64,000 nucleotides of DNA from Octopus vulgaris (GCA_951406725.2 OX597835.1:6138001-6202000), one strand, 5' to 3'; counted from the first letter of the stretch, positions 25,531 through 41,262 are shown. Translations and numbers: made by a program. The notes: a model not told the origin generated them from the sequence alone.

Positions 25531-27039
25531 CGGAGAGTGGGTGAAGAAAATGCTAAAAAGTGTGCAGTGAGAAAAAGAAAGAAGAGTAGATCAAAACGGA
25601 GAAAAGAGAGACAAAGTGTGTGAGAGAGTGAGAGGGAGCGAGTGAGAGACAAAGAAATCAGAGAGAGAGAGAGAGAGAGAGAGAAACATAATAATAATAG
25701 AGAAAGAGAAGAAGACTTATGTCGTTAAAATGTTATTATTGCAAATGTCAAACTCGCTTGAATTTTTATGTTTTTCTTATCAGTAGCTTGGAAGTGAATT
25801 CATTTAACGACATTATCAATACAGTCGATTTTATCTGAGGAAAGTTCCATTTAAGTCAATTTAATGTCATTAGAAAGGCAGAAGGTTAAACGAGTGGCCC
25901 AGTCGATAAGAAATCTTCGAGCCAATTGATAGGTAGTTCGTCTTCCTACTTTGTTTATTTTACATCAGAATGGCCAAGACGCCATCTTTACATTTTCTTA
26001 TGGTTTAGTTTACAAAAGGCTGGGGCAGCGCTCATGAATTTTTCTATAAGGTCTACGAGGGCAGTGGAGGGAGAGAAGAAAACCACCATGTTTTATGAGA
26101 ATGTTCTTTGGTCCCTGCTTAATTCTGTATATATTCAAAGCAGATATAAAAAGGAGATAGTTATTGTGCTAAAATTTGAAACCAAATTAGTTGTTGTTTA
26201 GCTCAGACTAGATTCGAACCGGAAACCATTTATTTGTAAAAAAAATTGAGAGAAACAGCGTTCTTATCTACTGGGTCACTGACATCTTGGCCAGAAACAT
26301 CTCATATCTCACGTCTCAAGGGCTGCTTGGAAAACAAAAATAAATGTTTATGAAAATGGGGCAAAATCACGTGATTTAGATGTTTTGATAACCTCTTTAC
26401 AGCTTTGGACAAAGTACACACACACACACACACTCACGCACACAAGTGCACACATTCACACAGACGGGCTTATATACACACAAGCATACACACCTATATG
26501 CATATATACCCACTCACACACATATACACATACCATTAATTTACACAGAACCTTATGCAAAGGAAAATAAGGACAAATATTTCAGTCGGTTTTAAAATCA
26601 ATCGTTCGATAAGACCAAAGATATCGATAATTGATCACTGGTTCGGAATTTTCTTATCACAAAACATTTTCTCTCGATGGCTGGGATTTGTTCCTTTGTT
26701 GTTGTTGCTGTTGTTGTTGTTGTTGTTGTGCTTGCGTTTGTTATTCTTGTTGTTGCCATTATTGGTATTTTTGTTTGGTGTTGTATTTCGGACTCCAGGT
26801 GAGTTCAAATCAAGCAGACTTGTGATCACACCGTGACCATCCCACCTTTTCTCTGCGTTCAAGAAACACAGGGTTACATTATCCAATTTGTTCTTTTCTA
26901 AGACTGTTGGAGCATGATATGGCTGTTATTTCTAGAAGATCAGGCAACCACGTAGAGGCTACTTCGCTTACCCTCACACACACATACGCACATACATACA
27001 TACATACATACATACATACATACATACATACATACATGT

Positions 27040-27360
27040 GAAGGCGCGTGGCTTAGTGGTTAGGGCATTCGGCTCACGATTGTAAGGTCGTGAGTTCGAT
27101 TCCCGGTGACGCGTTGTGTCCTTGGGTAAGACTTTATTTTACGTTGCTCCAGTCCACTCAGCTGGCAAAAACGAGTTGTACCTGTATTTCAAAGGGCCGG
27201 CCTTGTTACACTCTGTGTCACGCTGAATCTCCCTGAGAATTACGTTAGGGGTACGTGTGTCTGTGGATTGCTCAGTCACTTGCACGTTAATTTCACGAGC
27301 AGGCTGTTTCGTTGATCGGATCAGCTGGGACCCTCGTCGTCGCAACCGACGGAGTGCTCC
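27040..27360 (+). mobile_element. Family A SINE (body variant 2 with the ...CCGACGGAGTGC tail)
   Basis: GAAGGCGCGTGGCTTAGTGGTTAGGG...GAGTTCGATTCCC head; tail matches 17351-17540. Confidence 0.88.
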
Positions 27361-28634
27361 AATGCATGCATACATAGGACTTAGACGAGACGAGTGCTGA
27401 AGATGGTGGAGTCCAGCTACAGGTAATTGACTGGACGGATTTGCCTACTTCCGTTCCTTATATGGCCTACCTTGTCAGTGTTCTATGCACCGAGTCTCCT
27501 TTCTGTTCAAGTTACAAAGGACGAATTTTATGGTCAAAGAACAATTGAAGAAATCCACAGCTAGGAACGACTACTGTTGCTTGGAGGCTTCGGTCAAGTT
27601 GTCCGAAGCAGTGTGAGATCGACAGCATAAATGACAAGGGTCAATTACTTGAGTTTTTACACGTATAGATTTTGTGTCACCAGCGCGACCACAGTGAGAT
27701 CAGTGGAACGTAAAAGAGGATAAAAGTGACCCTTGGGAAAGCCATGAGCAAGACAGCAGCACTTGAAACTGTAACAAATGAGACCAGGTGTGTCTAAATA
27801 TTAATTTATTTGATAATCCTATTGTTGATACATGCCAGTTTACATATAAACATGCATTTTAGCTTTAAGAAATGCTTCTATAAGATTTCTTACCTAAAGT
27901 TAACCACATTCCACCCAAAATCTCATGGTTTGTCACTAATAACAGGCAGCATATCATAGGTTCGCAATCACTGAATGACTGCCTTCTTTGCTGGCTGTCT
28001 TAAGCAACCCTCCACGTAGTCCTTCTTGGTCGGTTCTTTAGAAGTCAATGGCTTAGATGAATGCTTCTGGTTAGATTATTTTATAATTTGATATAGAAAG
28101 AAGATCTTTATTTCTAAGTCCATTACATTTCCCCCTTAAATCTCGCAGTGCGTCACTAATGACTGGACGTGTCTCATAGTTTCACAATGAATGGTCAATA
28201 GTCTACCTTGTTGGCTCCCTTGAGCGGCCACCCCGGTACTCCCTCATTGGCCGGTTCGTTAAGAGTTAAGTATGTTGACTATGTATACAATACAATGTCA
28301 ACAACGGGACACGATTTACTGAGCCTTTTTCCCTAAACTTGACCGTCCATGCTCTCGAAACTACCACAAGGCATTTCGCATTGTCTTCAACTATTTTGGC
28401 TATTTTATTCAAAATACAATATATTGAAGCTATAATTCTTTAATACTGTGTTGCATTTCTACATGAATTACTGACAAACAGTTCTTTTCCATTAATTTTC
28501 GCTTGGTTAATTTTCTCATTAAACCAACCAGATCCAAATACGAAATCAAAATATGGCTACTGGCCAGAGATACATCGTATTGCTTGCTGCTAGCGTTTCC
28601 ACAAAATTTCTCACGGTGTGATGATAATAATAAC

Positions 28635-28684
<50 letters not shown>

Positions 28685-29549
28685 GCTCAAAAGAAGGAGC
28701 TTTGTTGGCACTTTTATATTTTACAAATTTTGGGGGGTTTTTTCCCTTTTTTTATAATTTTGATTAGTTCAGGATTTGATTTTTTTTTTTTTTTTGGTTT
28801 CTTTCAAGTGTTGTTTAATTGTGTGGGTACTAACCACAATAGCTTTCAGGATATCAGCATTACCATCATCATCATCGTCATCATCACCCTGATCATCCTC
28901 GTCGTCGTTGTTGTTGTTATTATTATTGCCTGAGAAAAATGTCGTTTTGGAGATCGTAAATTATTGAAATTTGTTGCTTTGAAGAAAGTGATTTTAATTT
29001 TTTTTTTTTTTGTTCTTGAATCATTTTGTCATTTGGCCAAACAGTATTCTCTGGGGCTCGTTGGCTTTGTAAAAATTTGGCCCTTTCGGAAGCGAATTTC
29101 GATAAACCTTGTAATAGCAAATTTAAATTTTGTTTTTTGTTTTGTTTTTTTGTTAATGAACAATATGGCTTCGCATTTCAAGGGAGTAGTTAGCTTGTTC
29201 CCACAGCCAATGCGTCACCAGTTTCGTACCATTCTGTATTAGCAGAGGAAGTACGGACGACAACAACAATGTGAACATCAATGCCGACATCGACGGAAAC
29301 AACACCAATAAAAAGAAATGTGAAAAACAATACCTTTCACTACAACCATCGGGGCCAACCGAAACAACAACAACAACAAACAGAAACAAAAATAACATCG
29401 TCGTCGTCATTGTCGTTGTAATCATCATCATAATGGTCATCATCATCATCGTCATCGTCATCATCACCGTTATCATCTTCAATAAGAACAGCGACCACGT
29501 AGAGGCTGCTTCGTTTACCCTCCTATACACAAACACACACACACACACA

Positions 29550-29779
29550 CATATACATACATACATACATTCACATACATACATTCACATACATACATAC
29601 ATACATACATACATACATACATACATACATACATACATACACACATATATACATACATACATACATATATACATACATACATACATACATACATACATAC
29701 ATTCACATACATACATACATACATACATTCACATACATACATACATACACATACATACATACATACATACATACATACA

Positions 29780-29813
<34 letters not shown>

Positions 29814-29889
29814 CATACATACATACATACATACATACATTCACATACATACATACATACATACATACATACATACATACATACATACA

Positions 29890-29923
<34 letters not shown>

Positions 29924-29965
29924 CATACATACATACATACATACATACATACATACATACATACA

Positions 29966-29996
<31 letters not shown>

Positions 29997-30714
29997 CATA
30001 CATACATACATACATACATACATACATTCACATACATACATACATACATACATACATACATACATACATACATACATACATACATACATACATACATACA
30101 TACATACATACACACATATATACATACATACATATATACATACATACATACATACATACATACATACATACATACATACATACATTCACATACATACATA
30201 CATACATACATACATACATACATACATACATACATACACACATATATACATACATACATACATACATACATACATTCACATACATACATACATACATACA
30301 TACATACATACATACATACATACATACATTCACATACATACATACATACATACATACATTCACATACATACATACATACATACATACATACATACATACA
30401 TACATACATACATTCATACATACATACATACATACATACATACATACATACATACATACATACATACATACATAGATACATTCACATACATACATACATA
30501 CATACATACATACATACATACATACATACATACATACATACATACATACATACATACATACATACATACATACATACATACATACATACATACATACATA
30601 CATACATACATTCACATACATACATACATACATACATACATACATACATACATACATTCACATACATACATACATACATACATACATACATACATACATA
30701 CATACATACATACA
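29550..30714. repeat. ~1.16-kb (TACA)n tetranucleotide array with periodic TTCACA interruptions
   Basis: Directly visible. Confidence 0.97.
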
Positions 30715-30789
30715 TCGTCATCGTCGTTGTCGTCGTCATCATCATCATCATCGCCATCTTTACTGTCATCTTCAACAAGAACAGCACTG

Positions 30790-30821
<32 letters not shown>

Positions 30822-30859
30822 AGCAGCAGTAGCATAATGACGGTCATGTTTTCCCTAAA

Positions 30860-31561
30860 AATTATATTCCGGTGGTCGGAAATAAGGTAAATTAATAACT
30901 CGTCCGCGAAAATAATATTATTCCACCCTCGCTCTAGGGACCAATTCTGTGGATTTTTACTCCACTCTAAACCCTTTGCAATGTTTTTTTTTTTGAAAGT
31001 AGGGGTTTTCTCATTGCAACCCTCCCGTGAAATCCGGCTTTGTGCAGCTCCCGGCGAACAGTTTTTGTGGAAACTGGGTTCTCAAGATGGCCATTAAACT
31101 CTCCAGTAATTCTGGCAACTGTACTTTGGGGATACTTTCTAACAATTCGGGTAAGAGTCCGACGGTCCCTATCTGAAAGTTCTAGTTTTCTTCCGGAGTT
31201 TTGTTTCGACGAGGAGGTTTTTTCCCTCTTTCTCAAATGCTGTCATTACTTTCGAGTCAGTACTTCTTGATACACCAAACATTTAACATTTCGGCTGTTT
31301 TCGTTACGCTAGCGCCTGCCATACGAGCACCAATAATTTGACCTCTTTGAAAGTCCGATAGATCTGTCATTTTAAATGAATTTTAATAACCCTTTTTTTG
31401 ATGATATCTGAAAATAAACAGCAATTTTTAACAAAACATATTAAGCATCACTAATAATAAATCAAAAAACATAAAAGCAAACAAGCTTTTGACGGTTTTA
31501 TAGATATTTCAAACTTATGATGCTATGATGCTACGTATTCCATTATTTTGTTCAAACCCTG
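30860..31561 (-). mobile_element. Tc1-family transposon, 5' half (TIR plus frameshifted transposase)
   Basis: Minus strand TA|CAGGGTTTGAACAAAATAATGG terminus. ATG 31370 gives MTDLSDFQRGQIIGARMAGASVTKTAE...SGRKLELSDRDRRTLTRIVRK...VSTKTVRRELHKAGFHGRVAMRKPLLS...WNNIIFADE (paired HTH and first catalytic Asp). Confidence 0.9.
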
Positions 31562-32825
31562 TACCTGTTGGTTTAATTAGACACAAGTTGGTTAATCTTC
31601 CCCAATTATTGGATATCATTAAAAATTACTCTTCTGTTGTGTCCTCGGTAATTAAGTAGATCAGAGCCATCCCTCGCGATATCACGTTTGTTCTTTACTA
31701 ATTAATTGGAGAAATATAATGAGCTTGCTCTCTAAAACAGTCACATGGCGCCCTACTGGAGGCGACGAAGGTGCCTCTGCATACACGTTCTATTTGCTAG
31801 CAATAGCAACTAATTCTCCCTAAAATCATACCATGCTGTCTTACAAAAAAAAAAGAATATTGAATAATGTGGTCCTGCGTGTAATCTACTTGGCAAAATA
31901 TGAGTTGGTCACGGTTGGAATGGGTTTGACCACAGACATACAGGATTAAACAAGAGGTTTTTTAAGAATATAATTAAGGTAGATGTACAGGAAGACCACT
32001 AAAAAGGTGAGGTGATAGAGTAATATAAAGGAATAGGTTGAGAAAAAAAAGATGGTGGAAAACGTGAGATTGGCTGATGACGGCAGAAAGATGTAGCAGG
32101 GGAGAGATATTGTGTGTCGTTTCATGCATTGAGTCATTAAATTGTGACTGATTCCGTCATCAGGTTCTCTTCCCCTAGGTGAATGAGACTGTAATTCTGT
32201 AGATCAACATAAACAGCGAAGATGATCAGTGCCTGGTTTGGCGGTTATATTAGGGGTAGGTGACGAGACAATAATAGCAAGCTAATTCAGATATAGGGCC
32301 AGAAGAAGCTGTATGAAAGAGAAGCGAAAAGGGAACACTCTTTGGTTGGTTATGTTTTGTTAGTGTCATAGTAAGGGAGACATTGCCAGTCGATCAAAAT
32401 GGTCCTTTTTGGAGCAGTACAGTATTTAGAAGATTTATATTCTGAGAACGATGTATAGCATGGATTACCAGCGCCAGTACTGCAAGGAGGGCGTGCAATT
32501 TCTTATTATTATTACTACCCTATTTTCTTCTTTTGAAATTTTGCGTTCAGGACAACAATCCTTGTGGCTATACCCATACTACATCACCGTTCAGGCTTGG
32601 TGGATTCTCCGTCGGTTTCGACGATGGGCGTTCAGTCGTTCGACCAAATGTATTCCATTCAACTGGAATAACAAATACCAATTCAATTGTATAACAAAAC
32701 GAATATCTCCTCTCTATTCGAGAAACAAAAGCGTAAATGGGTAAATGTTTCGCTGACTCGGATACCCTTGGAGCATTTGTTTGGCCAAATCAGCGTGACA
32801 CAAAGTAAAGCGAATGGATTTTTAT

Positions 32826-33400
32826 ACTGGTTTCAAATTTTAGCACAAGGCCAGCAATTTTAGGCGAGGGGTAAGTCGATTACATCCACCCCAGTACTTA
32901 ACTGGCATTTATTTTATCGAACCCGAAAAGATGAAAAGCAAAGCTGCCCTCGGCGGAATTTGAACTCGGAACATAGAAAAACCGATGAAATACTTCTAAG
33001 TATTTTGGCTGGCCTGCTAACGATTCTTATTTCTTTACTGCCCACAAAGGTCTACACACAGAGGGGACAAACAAGGACAGACAAACGGATTAAGACGATT
33101 ATATCGACCCCAGTGCATAACTGGTACTTATTTAATCGACCCCGAAAGGATGAAAGGCAAAGTCGACCTCGGCGGAATTTGAACTCAGAACGTAGCCGCA
33201 GACGAAATACCTATTTCTTTATTACCCACAAGGGGCTAAACATAGAGGGGACAAACAAGGACAGACATAGGTATTAAGTCGATTACATCGACCCCAGTGC
33301 GTAACTGGTACTTATTTAATCGACCCCGAAAGGATGAAAGGCAAAGTCGACCTCGGCGTAATTTGAACTCAGAACGTAATTTGAACTCAGCTCGCCGTCT
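32826..33400 (-). mobile_element. Family C SINE with about 3 tandem body units
   Basis: Repeated GAGGGGACAAACAAGGACAGAC...ATCGACCCCGAAAGGATGAAAGGCAAAGTCGACCTCGGCG, as at 1-655. Confidence 0.85.
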
Positions 33401-33635
33401 CAGAATCGATTTTTATATTACAGACACAATCCACGGAGAGAGGAAAGGCGAAAATCGCCCCCAAGACTGAGGTCGTACCTTATCGTTGCAGTAAATATGA
33501 AAGACAAAATTGAATTCGATGTGATTTGAACTGGGAGTTAAACATTGTTGGGCCGAACACCACAAGGTGACATATGCAACGCTCCAAAGATTCTGCCAAC
33601 ACATTGTCTTTATTCGGACATAGTGTCACCATACT

Positions 33636-33806
33636 CTTTGACTCTTTTACTTGTTTCAGTCATTTGACTGCGGCTATGCTGGAGCACCGCCTTTAGTCGA
33701 GCATCTCGACCCCGGGACTTATTCTTTTGTAAGCCCAGTACTTATTCTATCGGTCTCTTTTTGCCGAACCGCTAAGTGACGGGGGACATAAACACATCAG
33801 CATCGG
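33636..33806 (-). mobile_element. 3' half of a family B SINE
   Basis: CTCTTTTACTTGTTTCAGTCATTTGACTGCGG.CATGCTGGAGCACCGCCTTTAGTCGAG. Confidence 0.85.
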
Positions 33807-34354
33807 CGACGTTATCCAATATAGATCACCTTTTCTAAGTAGTAAGAAATGGTTTGAAAGGGAATTAGTTACTATTTCTAACAGATCTAATGATCGCGTA
33901 GATTCCTCCCCTCACCTGCTTCCCCTTTGACTCAAATGACTTTCAATTGTATTCCGACATTTCTCGACATTTTTCTTTCTTTTTTTCAGATTTTCAGTTT
34001 TATTTCGTTTGTTCTTACATATACATCAGCTGAACAACATTCTTCTTCTTCTTCTTCTTTGCTTGTTGCTTTCTTCTTTCTTTCTTCTTTCTTTCTCTCT
34101 TTTTTACTTCTCTCTCCACTCCACCCCCACTCCCACTTACCCCATTTAATAATTCCTCTCTTTCAGTCATTTTTAATCCACTTGAAATATTTTATGTCGT
34201 AAGAAATATTGCGTGGCGGGTGGCTAGGTATTGTTTTATTTTTCATGTCATTTATTACATTAAATTTTCTGTTCCGTCTTTTGAGTTCTTGTTCTTTGAT
34301 TTTCTACAAGTTTTATGGCATTCTTTATTGCTAACTACTATTGCTCTTACTAAC

Positions 34355-34405
<51 letters not shown>

Positions 34406-34687
34406 CTCCTGCTCTACCTGCAATCTGACATTACATCTTTTCGTTTCCTTCAATGTTTCTATTCTTGCTCTCTTACCGCGCTGTTTTTATTTATTTATTT
34501 ATTTGTTGCCTCATTTTATTTATTTATTTTGATTTTCCTTGGTTAACATTGGCTGATTTCTATTCCATCTTGTATTTTCAAGAAATGAATCCTTCGATAA
34601 CATGGCACCGTCAGTTGTTACTGTTATTATTATCGTTGGTGATGTTATCGATTTCATTTATCTCTGCCGGCATACATGGTGTTGCTG

Positions 34688-35180
34688 TCTTCTTCTTCTT
34701 CTTCTTCTTCTTCTTCCAATCAGGACCCACGCCATTGGCCACAAAGAATAAGCTCTAATTCGAGCCCACCCTAAGCTACTAACAATGCGTGTGGCAACTT
34801 GAAGACCCACCCACCACACGCGATAGACTGGCGGTTGCACGGGCGCGAAAGCTACGTTGTTATCCTCATTCCGTAAACGGTGGCTTTTAACGGGTGGAGA
34901 GCTGAACCATCCTGGGGTACAGAGGATTCGCAACCTAGACTAGGGTCTGAAAGTTTACCACACCATAATGGGTTACACCATGGTTCCTCTGCATTGTGGC
35001 AGAAGCAGGAAGAAAGAGTGAGAGAATGTTGTGGTGAAAGAGTTACAGTGGGGTTACGGAGCCTCGTGGAGCTTAGGTGTTTTTGCTCAATAAACACTCA
35101 CAATGCTCGGACCGGGTATCGAAACCGCGTTCTTACGACCGCGACTCCGCTGCCCTAACGACTGGGCCATTGCGCTTCCA
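34688..35180 (-). mobile_element. Family A SINE variant with (GAA)n-ending tail, head intact
   Basis: Head GGAAGCGCAATGGCCCAGTCGTTAGGGCAGCGGAGTCGCGG on the minus strand; tail shared with 19692-20030. Confidence 0.85.
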
Positions 35181-35753
35181 CTGGTGTTGCTGTTGGTTGT
35201 TGCTGCTGTCGTTGTTGCTGCTATTGCTTTTGTTTTTGTTGCTACTGTTGTTATTTTTATTGCTGCTGTTTTTATTGTTGCTACTGCTGTTGTTGTTGTT
35301 GTTACTTGGCCTCAGATCAAACATGATGGACAAAATTCCATGATCAGCGGCAGGTAGGTTCGGCTGCTATCTCTAGTAGGTCAAGTAAGTCTCCATTTGG
35401 GGTCAAATTTCTACATAGGCATTAAAGAGGTGATCAGCACTGAACATGACATTTGGCTGGTGTTATAAGTATTTAAGAACGGCTTGGCTCAACACCACGT
35501 GGCTTGAAGTTTCGTGCGGCTGCAACTCACAAGGTTAGGTCTTTGAAACACAGCTACAATCCAATCGATGGATCTCTACACAGATTCCATCTTCCTAGTT
35601 TCATTCACAAGACATGGGTCAACCTAAGATTTCTGTAAAGACCTTTCCCCAGCAAACCACACAGCAAGATCGATCCCGGAACCTGTTGATAACGAAGCGA
35701 ACTCCTTAACTACATGGCGATGGCTACATCTAGAGAGAGAGAGAAGGGGGGAA

Positions 35754-36575
<822 letters not shown>

Positions 36576-37830
36576 GTATACGTCGTCCAAACAGACGGAA
36601 TGATATCCATGTTGCTGGTGTATCTCTAAAACAAAATATATGAATGGAATTATTTCATTATTTTATTTTTTTTTAAAAGTGATTATTCAATTGCTTAATT
36701 TTATTGTGAGGATGGCACGGTGAGGTCGCGATTGTGTCATATGAAGAACAATGTGTTCTGATACGAACAATAGCTTTCATGATAATTATTTCGTTAGTGT
36801 GTCTCAACGTGTTTTATTAAATATTTTATCGAAACATAAAACCTCCTGGTAAAAGCCAGCTAATTGCTTGATATTCATTCTTAATGACGTTAGAATTGCA
36901 CTTGTCAAAGAATCGTTAGAAACGCGATAATGTGAAAACCTATTGTTACATGCGAACATCTCATCAATATCGGTTGATCGGGGAGATTATTCATCGAAGT
37001 GTGAGATGGTGTTTATATTTTGTTGATTATTCAAAGAGCAGAGACGGCGGGGAGGGGGTGGCGTTTTAAAAGTAACAGAATTGAAGAACAAACAAAATAA
37101 ATTAATGCTTTATGCAAATATGGTGGCGCGATTGAGAATGATGTCGTACTGCAGAACCACCCGTGGATCCGGGTTCGATCTACTACTGTGCTGCGCTTCA
37201 GGGGCAAAAGCAATCTAACATGAGTTCCGGTTGATCAAATCTTTGGGAGCAAACATTTGGGAAAAGATACCTTTACAGAATCCCGATGAATATATGCCCC
37301 AGAACCGCCCCAAAATTAGACGCCATTATCTAAACCTTATTCTAGCATAATTAGATCACCGATAAAGGAAACTGTGCAATTCCAATGTTAGTGATCCCCA
37401 TAAACTATGATCCTCATAAACACTTTCAGCAGTACAGAATAACGAGACCAAGATATAAGGAATTCACAATCGAGCAAAACATTTGAGCATTCCCGTTACC
37501 AGCGGTCCATACTAGTATCACTATGGTTTCGACACCTGGACAGTACCATATACATATTTCATTGGATTTTTTCGTTGATGTAAAGCGCTCCAATCTACCA
37601 CGACTTTTGAACTTTTTGAATTGTTTGAACTTTTTCTATTATTCCTTTAACTGAAGAGCATAGGCTCGAAACGTAAAAGACTTTTTCATTTATCCCTAGC
37701 ATCAAACTAATACACTTGCTTGTTGTTCATACACCTATCTTCGTCTTTTGTTTTTTTTTATATTTCAACTCTGTGTGTGTGTGTGTGTGTGTGTGATAGA
37801 CCTATAGATATAACTAGAGAGAGAGTAGAG

Positions 37831-37888
<58 letters not shown>

Positions 37889-38389
37889 GAATAAAAAAAC
37901 GGACACACATATATTAATAAAACTACAATATTTTCGCCTCATAACAACTAATCTGTATATCTGTTTCATTCCAGAAAGTCGAGAAAAACATGGTAATCAT
38001 CAGAAAAATCTAAAAGGTGTATGACAGCCCTTTCTGATGATTGCGGGATTGTTTACTCAACTTTCTGGTATGAAACTGATTGGTAAATCGGGTTTATAAG
38101 ATATAATTATGCATTTTATTAATCGTATGTCTGGGCTATGCGAGGGCAGCGGGTACGCGTGTGTTTGAGGGAAGCGTCTTCCGAACTATCATGAATGTTT
38201 TCTAACTTATGTGAAATTTTAAGCAATGTGATATAACGCCTTCGTTTTTATATAAATAAGTATAAATTCTTGAAAACTTGTTCAGTTTTCCGTTGTTTTG
38301 TTTTTAGATACATTCATATATGTGCATGCGCATTTTTATACACACACACACGCATATACATACATATATTTATAGGAAATAATTTCTAC

Positions 38390-38425
<36 letters not shown>

Positions 38426-38447
38426 TAATAATAATAATAACAACAAT

Positions 38448-38496
<49 letters not shown>

Positions 38497-38525
38497 CATA
38501 GGCATATACATATACATATATATAC

Positions 38526-38589
<64 letters not shown>

Positions 38590-38645
38590 TTGTGTGTGCG
38601 TGTGTGGTTAGGTATCATGTGTGTTTGTGTATTCATATGTAGTTT

Positions 38646-38689
<44 letters not shown>

Positions 38690-38928
38690 TACATTTATAA
38701 GCTTATATGTGCGTGTATGTGCAAAACTATATGACATTTATAACTATATATATACACATATACACACACACACACATACACACACACACACCCACACTCA
38801 CACACACACAAACATATCTGCATACATCCATATGTTTTGCGTGAACATATGTGCACGTGTGTGCGTGTCTGTCGTAAATAATTTTATATGTACGCATTCA
38901 CCATACGTGTGTAAGAAGGAAAGAAGGA

Positions 38929-38964
<36 letters not shown>

Positions 38965-39361
38965 ATTCCGTTTACAATTATTTATTCTTATCTTGCTAAA
39001 ACCCAAACTAAACACTTATACAATTGAATTTTCCATCTGCCATCTGCAGTTTGAGACATTTCTATCATTTTTTTTTTCAACTTTTACTTAATTCTTAGAT
39101 AAAAATAAAGGAAGTTATTACATGTTGAACACAAAATACAATAGTTGAAGTAGTAGTAGTAGTAGTTGTAGTAGATGTTGTTGTTGTTGCTGTTGCTGAT
39201 GTTGTTATAATAGAGAGTTATTTAAATTTGACAGACTTATATCAACTGAACTAATCGCTGTTTTGCGTATATAGAGCCAGGGATGTTGGACTTGAGTTCA
39301 GATCCTCTGCACATTATTATTATTATTATTGTTGTTGTTGTTGTTGTTGTTGCTGTTGTTG

Positions 39362-40423
39362 CTATTTACTGCTGACTAAGTAGACTTGTTTTACAAGCCG
39401 CTCTCCGAAATCAATTTTTTTTTTCCAGATGTCATAATAGTTTTTACCAAAAGTACTCATATGCATGCGATTTCTTACAGTATGGAGAATCCTCATCGCA
39501 CAGAGGTTGTCAAAAAACATCATAAGATTTGTTCTATTCTTAGACAAAGTTCTTTTCCTTACAACACTGTCAATAATATATGCGACGGCTCCAAAACAAA
39601 AAGATGATGATTGCATAAAATAATGCCTGTCATACATAAATTAACCAAAAAATACAAGATTTTAAAAATATTCTAACGCAAATCATTACTTGATAAACAT
39701 GAGCTAAAAGAAAACGCAGATATTTTAACTGCACCAAATAGAAATCTTAGCAACAACACTTAGCAGTAGTAAACACGAACACGGACGAAAAACTGATTTT
39801 CATTAATCCTACCCAACAAGATAAACTCTTGATATGAAACATTTCCTCGAAAGATTGAAAGCTTCGAACATTTTGTGCATCGAACAGCTGCCTATCTTCC
39901 GCAAATAATTACTGAAGCTTCTGTAAGGAAAACTAATGTACTTCTGTCTTGCGAAAACACGACAGGTTATCTGATACTATGCAAATACGAATTGGAGGAG
40001 ATCATAGCAGATACTTTAAGTTTAAAATTATTCATTGCAAGAGCATGGTCATAAGATGCTATAAGGATAATTTTTAAAAGAAAAGACACCACGAAAACCC
40101 AAACCCAAATAGTACACTCTACATCTGCTAATAATCCGGCTCTGCAGTATTTGAGGAGAGACACAAAGCTACAGTCACATTCGTAAAACAATAGCGGTTG
40201 GTAGTAAGTATGTTTGCAGCTTTGTTAGTCATTGAATTATGCACAGAACTCCAAATATTACCCGCAAATGACTTTAAAATTGTGCGACCCTACCTAGTTT
40301 TGGGGGTTATTTTTGTAGTAAAGAAGAGTTGTGCAAAAAGCATACTTTACTTGGTAGCCCAAAGATTACTAAACCTTTTGATACCTCATACGTCAGAATC
40401 GGCTCCTCAGTTTTCGAATCCAT
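39362..40423 (-). pseudogene. Possible heavily decayed intronless membrane-protein coding remnant
   Basis: About 1.06 kb of unique sequence between microsatellites. Successive minus-strand open stretches from ATG 40423 (MDSKTEEP...GLVIFGLP; TIWVWVFVVSFLLKIILIA; NIFKILYFLVNLCMTGIILC; FGAVAYIIDSVVRKR...SSK*) are broken by many stops and frameshifts. Confidence 0.3.
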
Positions 40424-40456
40424 AAGGATCATACGCACTACACACGCACACACACA

Positions 40457-40493
<37 letters not shown>

Positions 40494-40879
40494 TTTTATA
40501 AATATATATAAGGTGGTGCTTCAGCATGGCCTCTGTCTAACGGCTGAAACAAGTAAATAATATTTAACGTGTATATATATATAATATGGGTGGCTTATTA
40601 GCAATTTAACAACTTAAAGGTTTGCCCTCTTGTGATAGTGGGTCAGTTCGACCATTATTTCTAACAAAGCCGGTACCACTTAATACCCTCTGTCACTTTA
40701 GTGACGTCTGTATATATATATAACCAAGAAAAAAACAACAAGAATGTTGCTTTTTTCTTGGTTATAATCAACCCATATATTTTTATGGTTAACACCATAA
40801 AGAATTCTGGTGCATCTAAGTTAAGCACCATATTCATTTGAATTTATTTGAATTCATTTGAATCTTAATTGTTTTGCTG

Positions 40880-40986
<107 letters not shown>

Positions 40987-41132
40987 GCACACATAAAACT
41001 GTTACATGATGGCCTGGCTGCCCGAAACTTCGAAGTCACTGTCAATACTATTTTTGCTAAAAGATAATAAATTTATTGAGTAATTCTTCAATTTCATGTA
41101 AAATGGTTTTTATTATAACATAAAAACAAACA

Positions 41133-41240
<108 letters not shown>

Positions 41241-41262
41241 CGCACAGAGAAAGGCAAAAAAG

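Noticed and set aside
29271-30890. 539-aa ORF, the longest in the track
   Set aside because: Translation of a (TACA)n array (HTYI repeats) and (CAT)n tracts; stop-free only because of repeat composition.
32074-32100. CTGATGA-CGGCA-GAAA-GATGTA hammerhead-like string
   Set aside because: Stems I, II and III cannot form.
40719-40767. Inverted repeat of about 22 bp (TATAACCAAGAAAAAA.CAACA / TGTTG.TTTTTTCTTGGTTATA)
   Set aside because: Real but short and A/T-rich, with no TSD or shared family motif; probably a local fold-back repair product.
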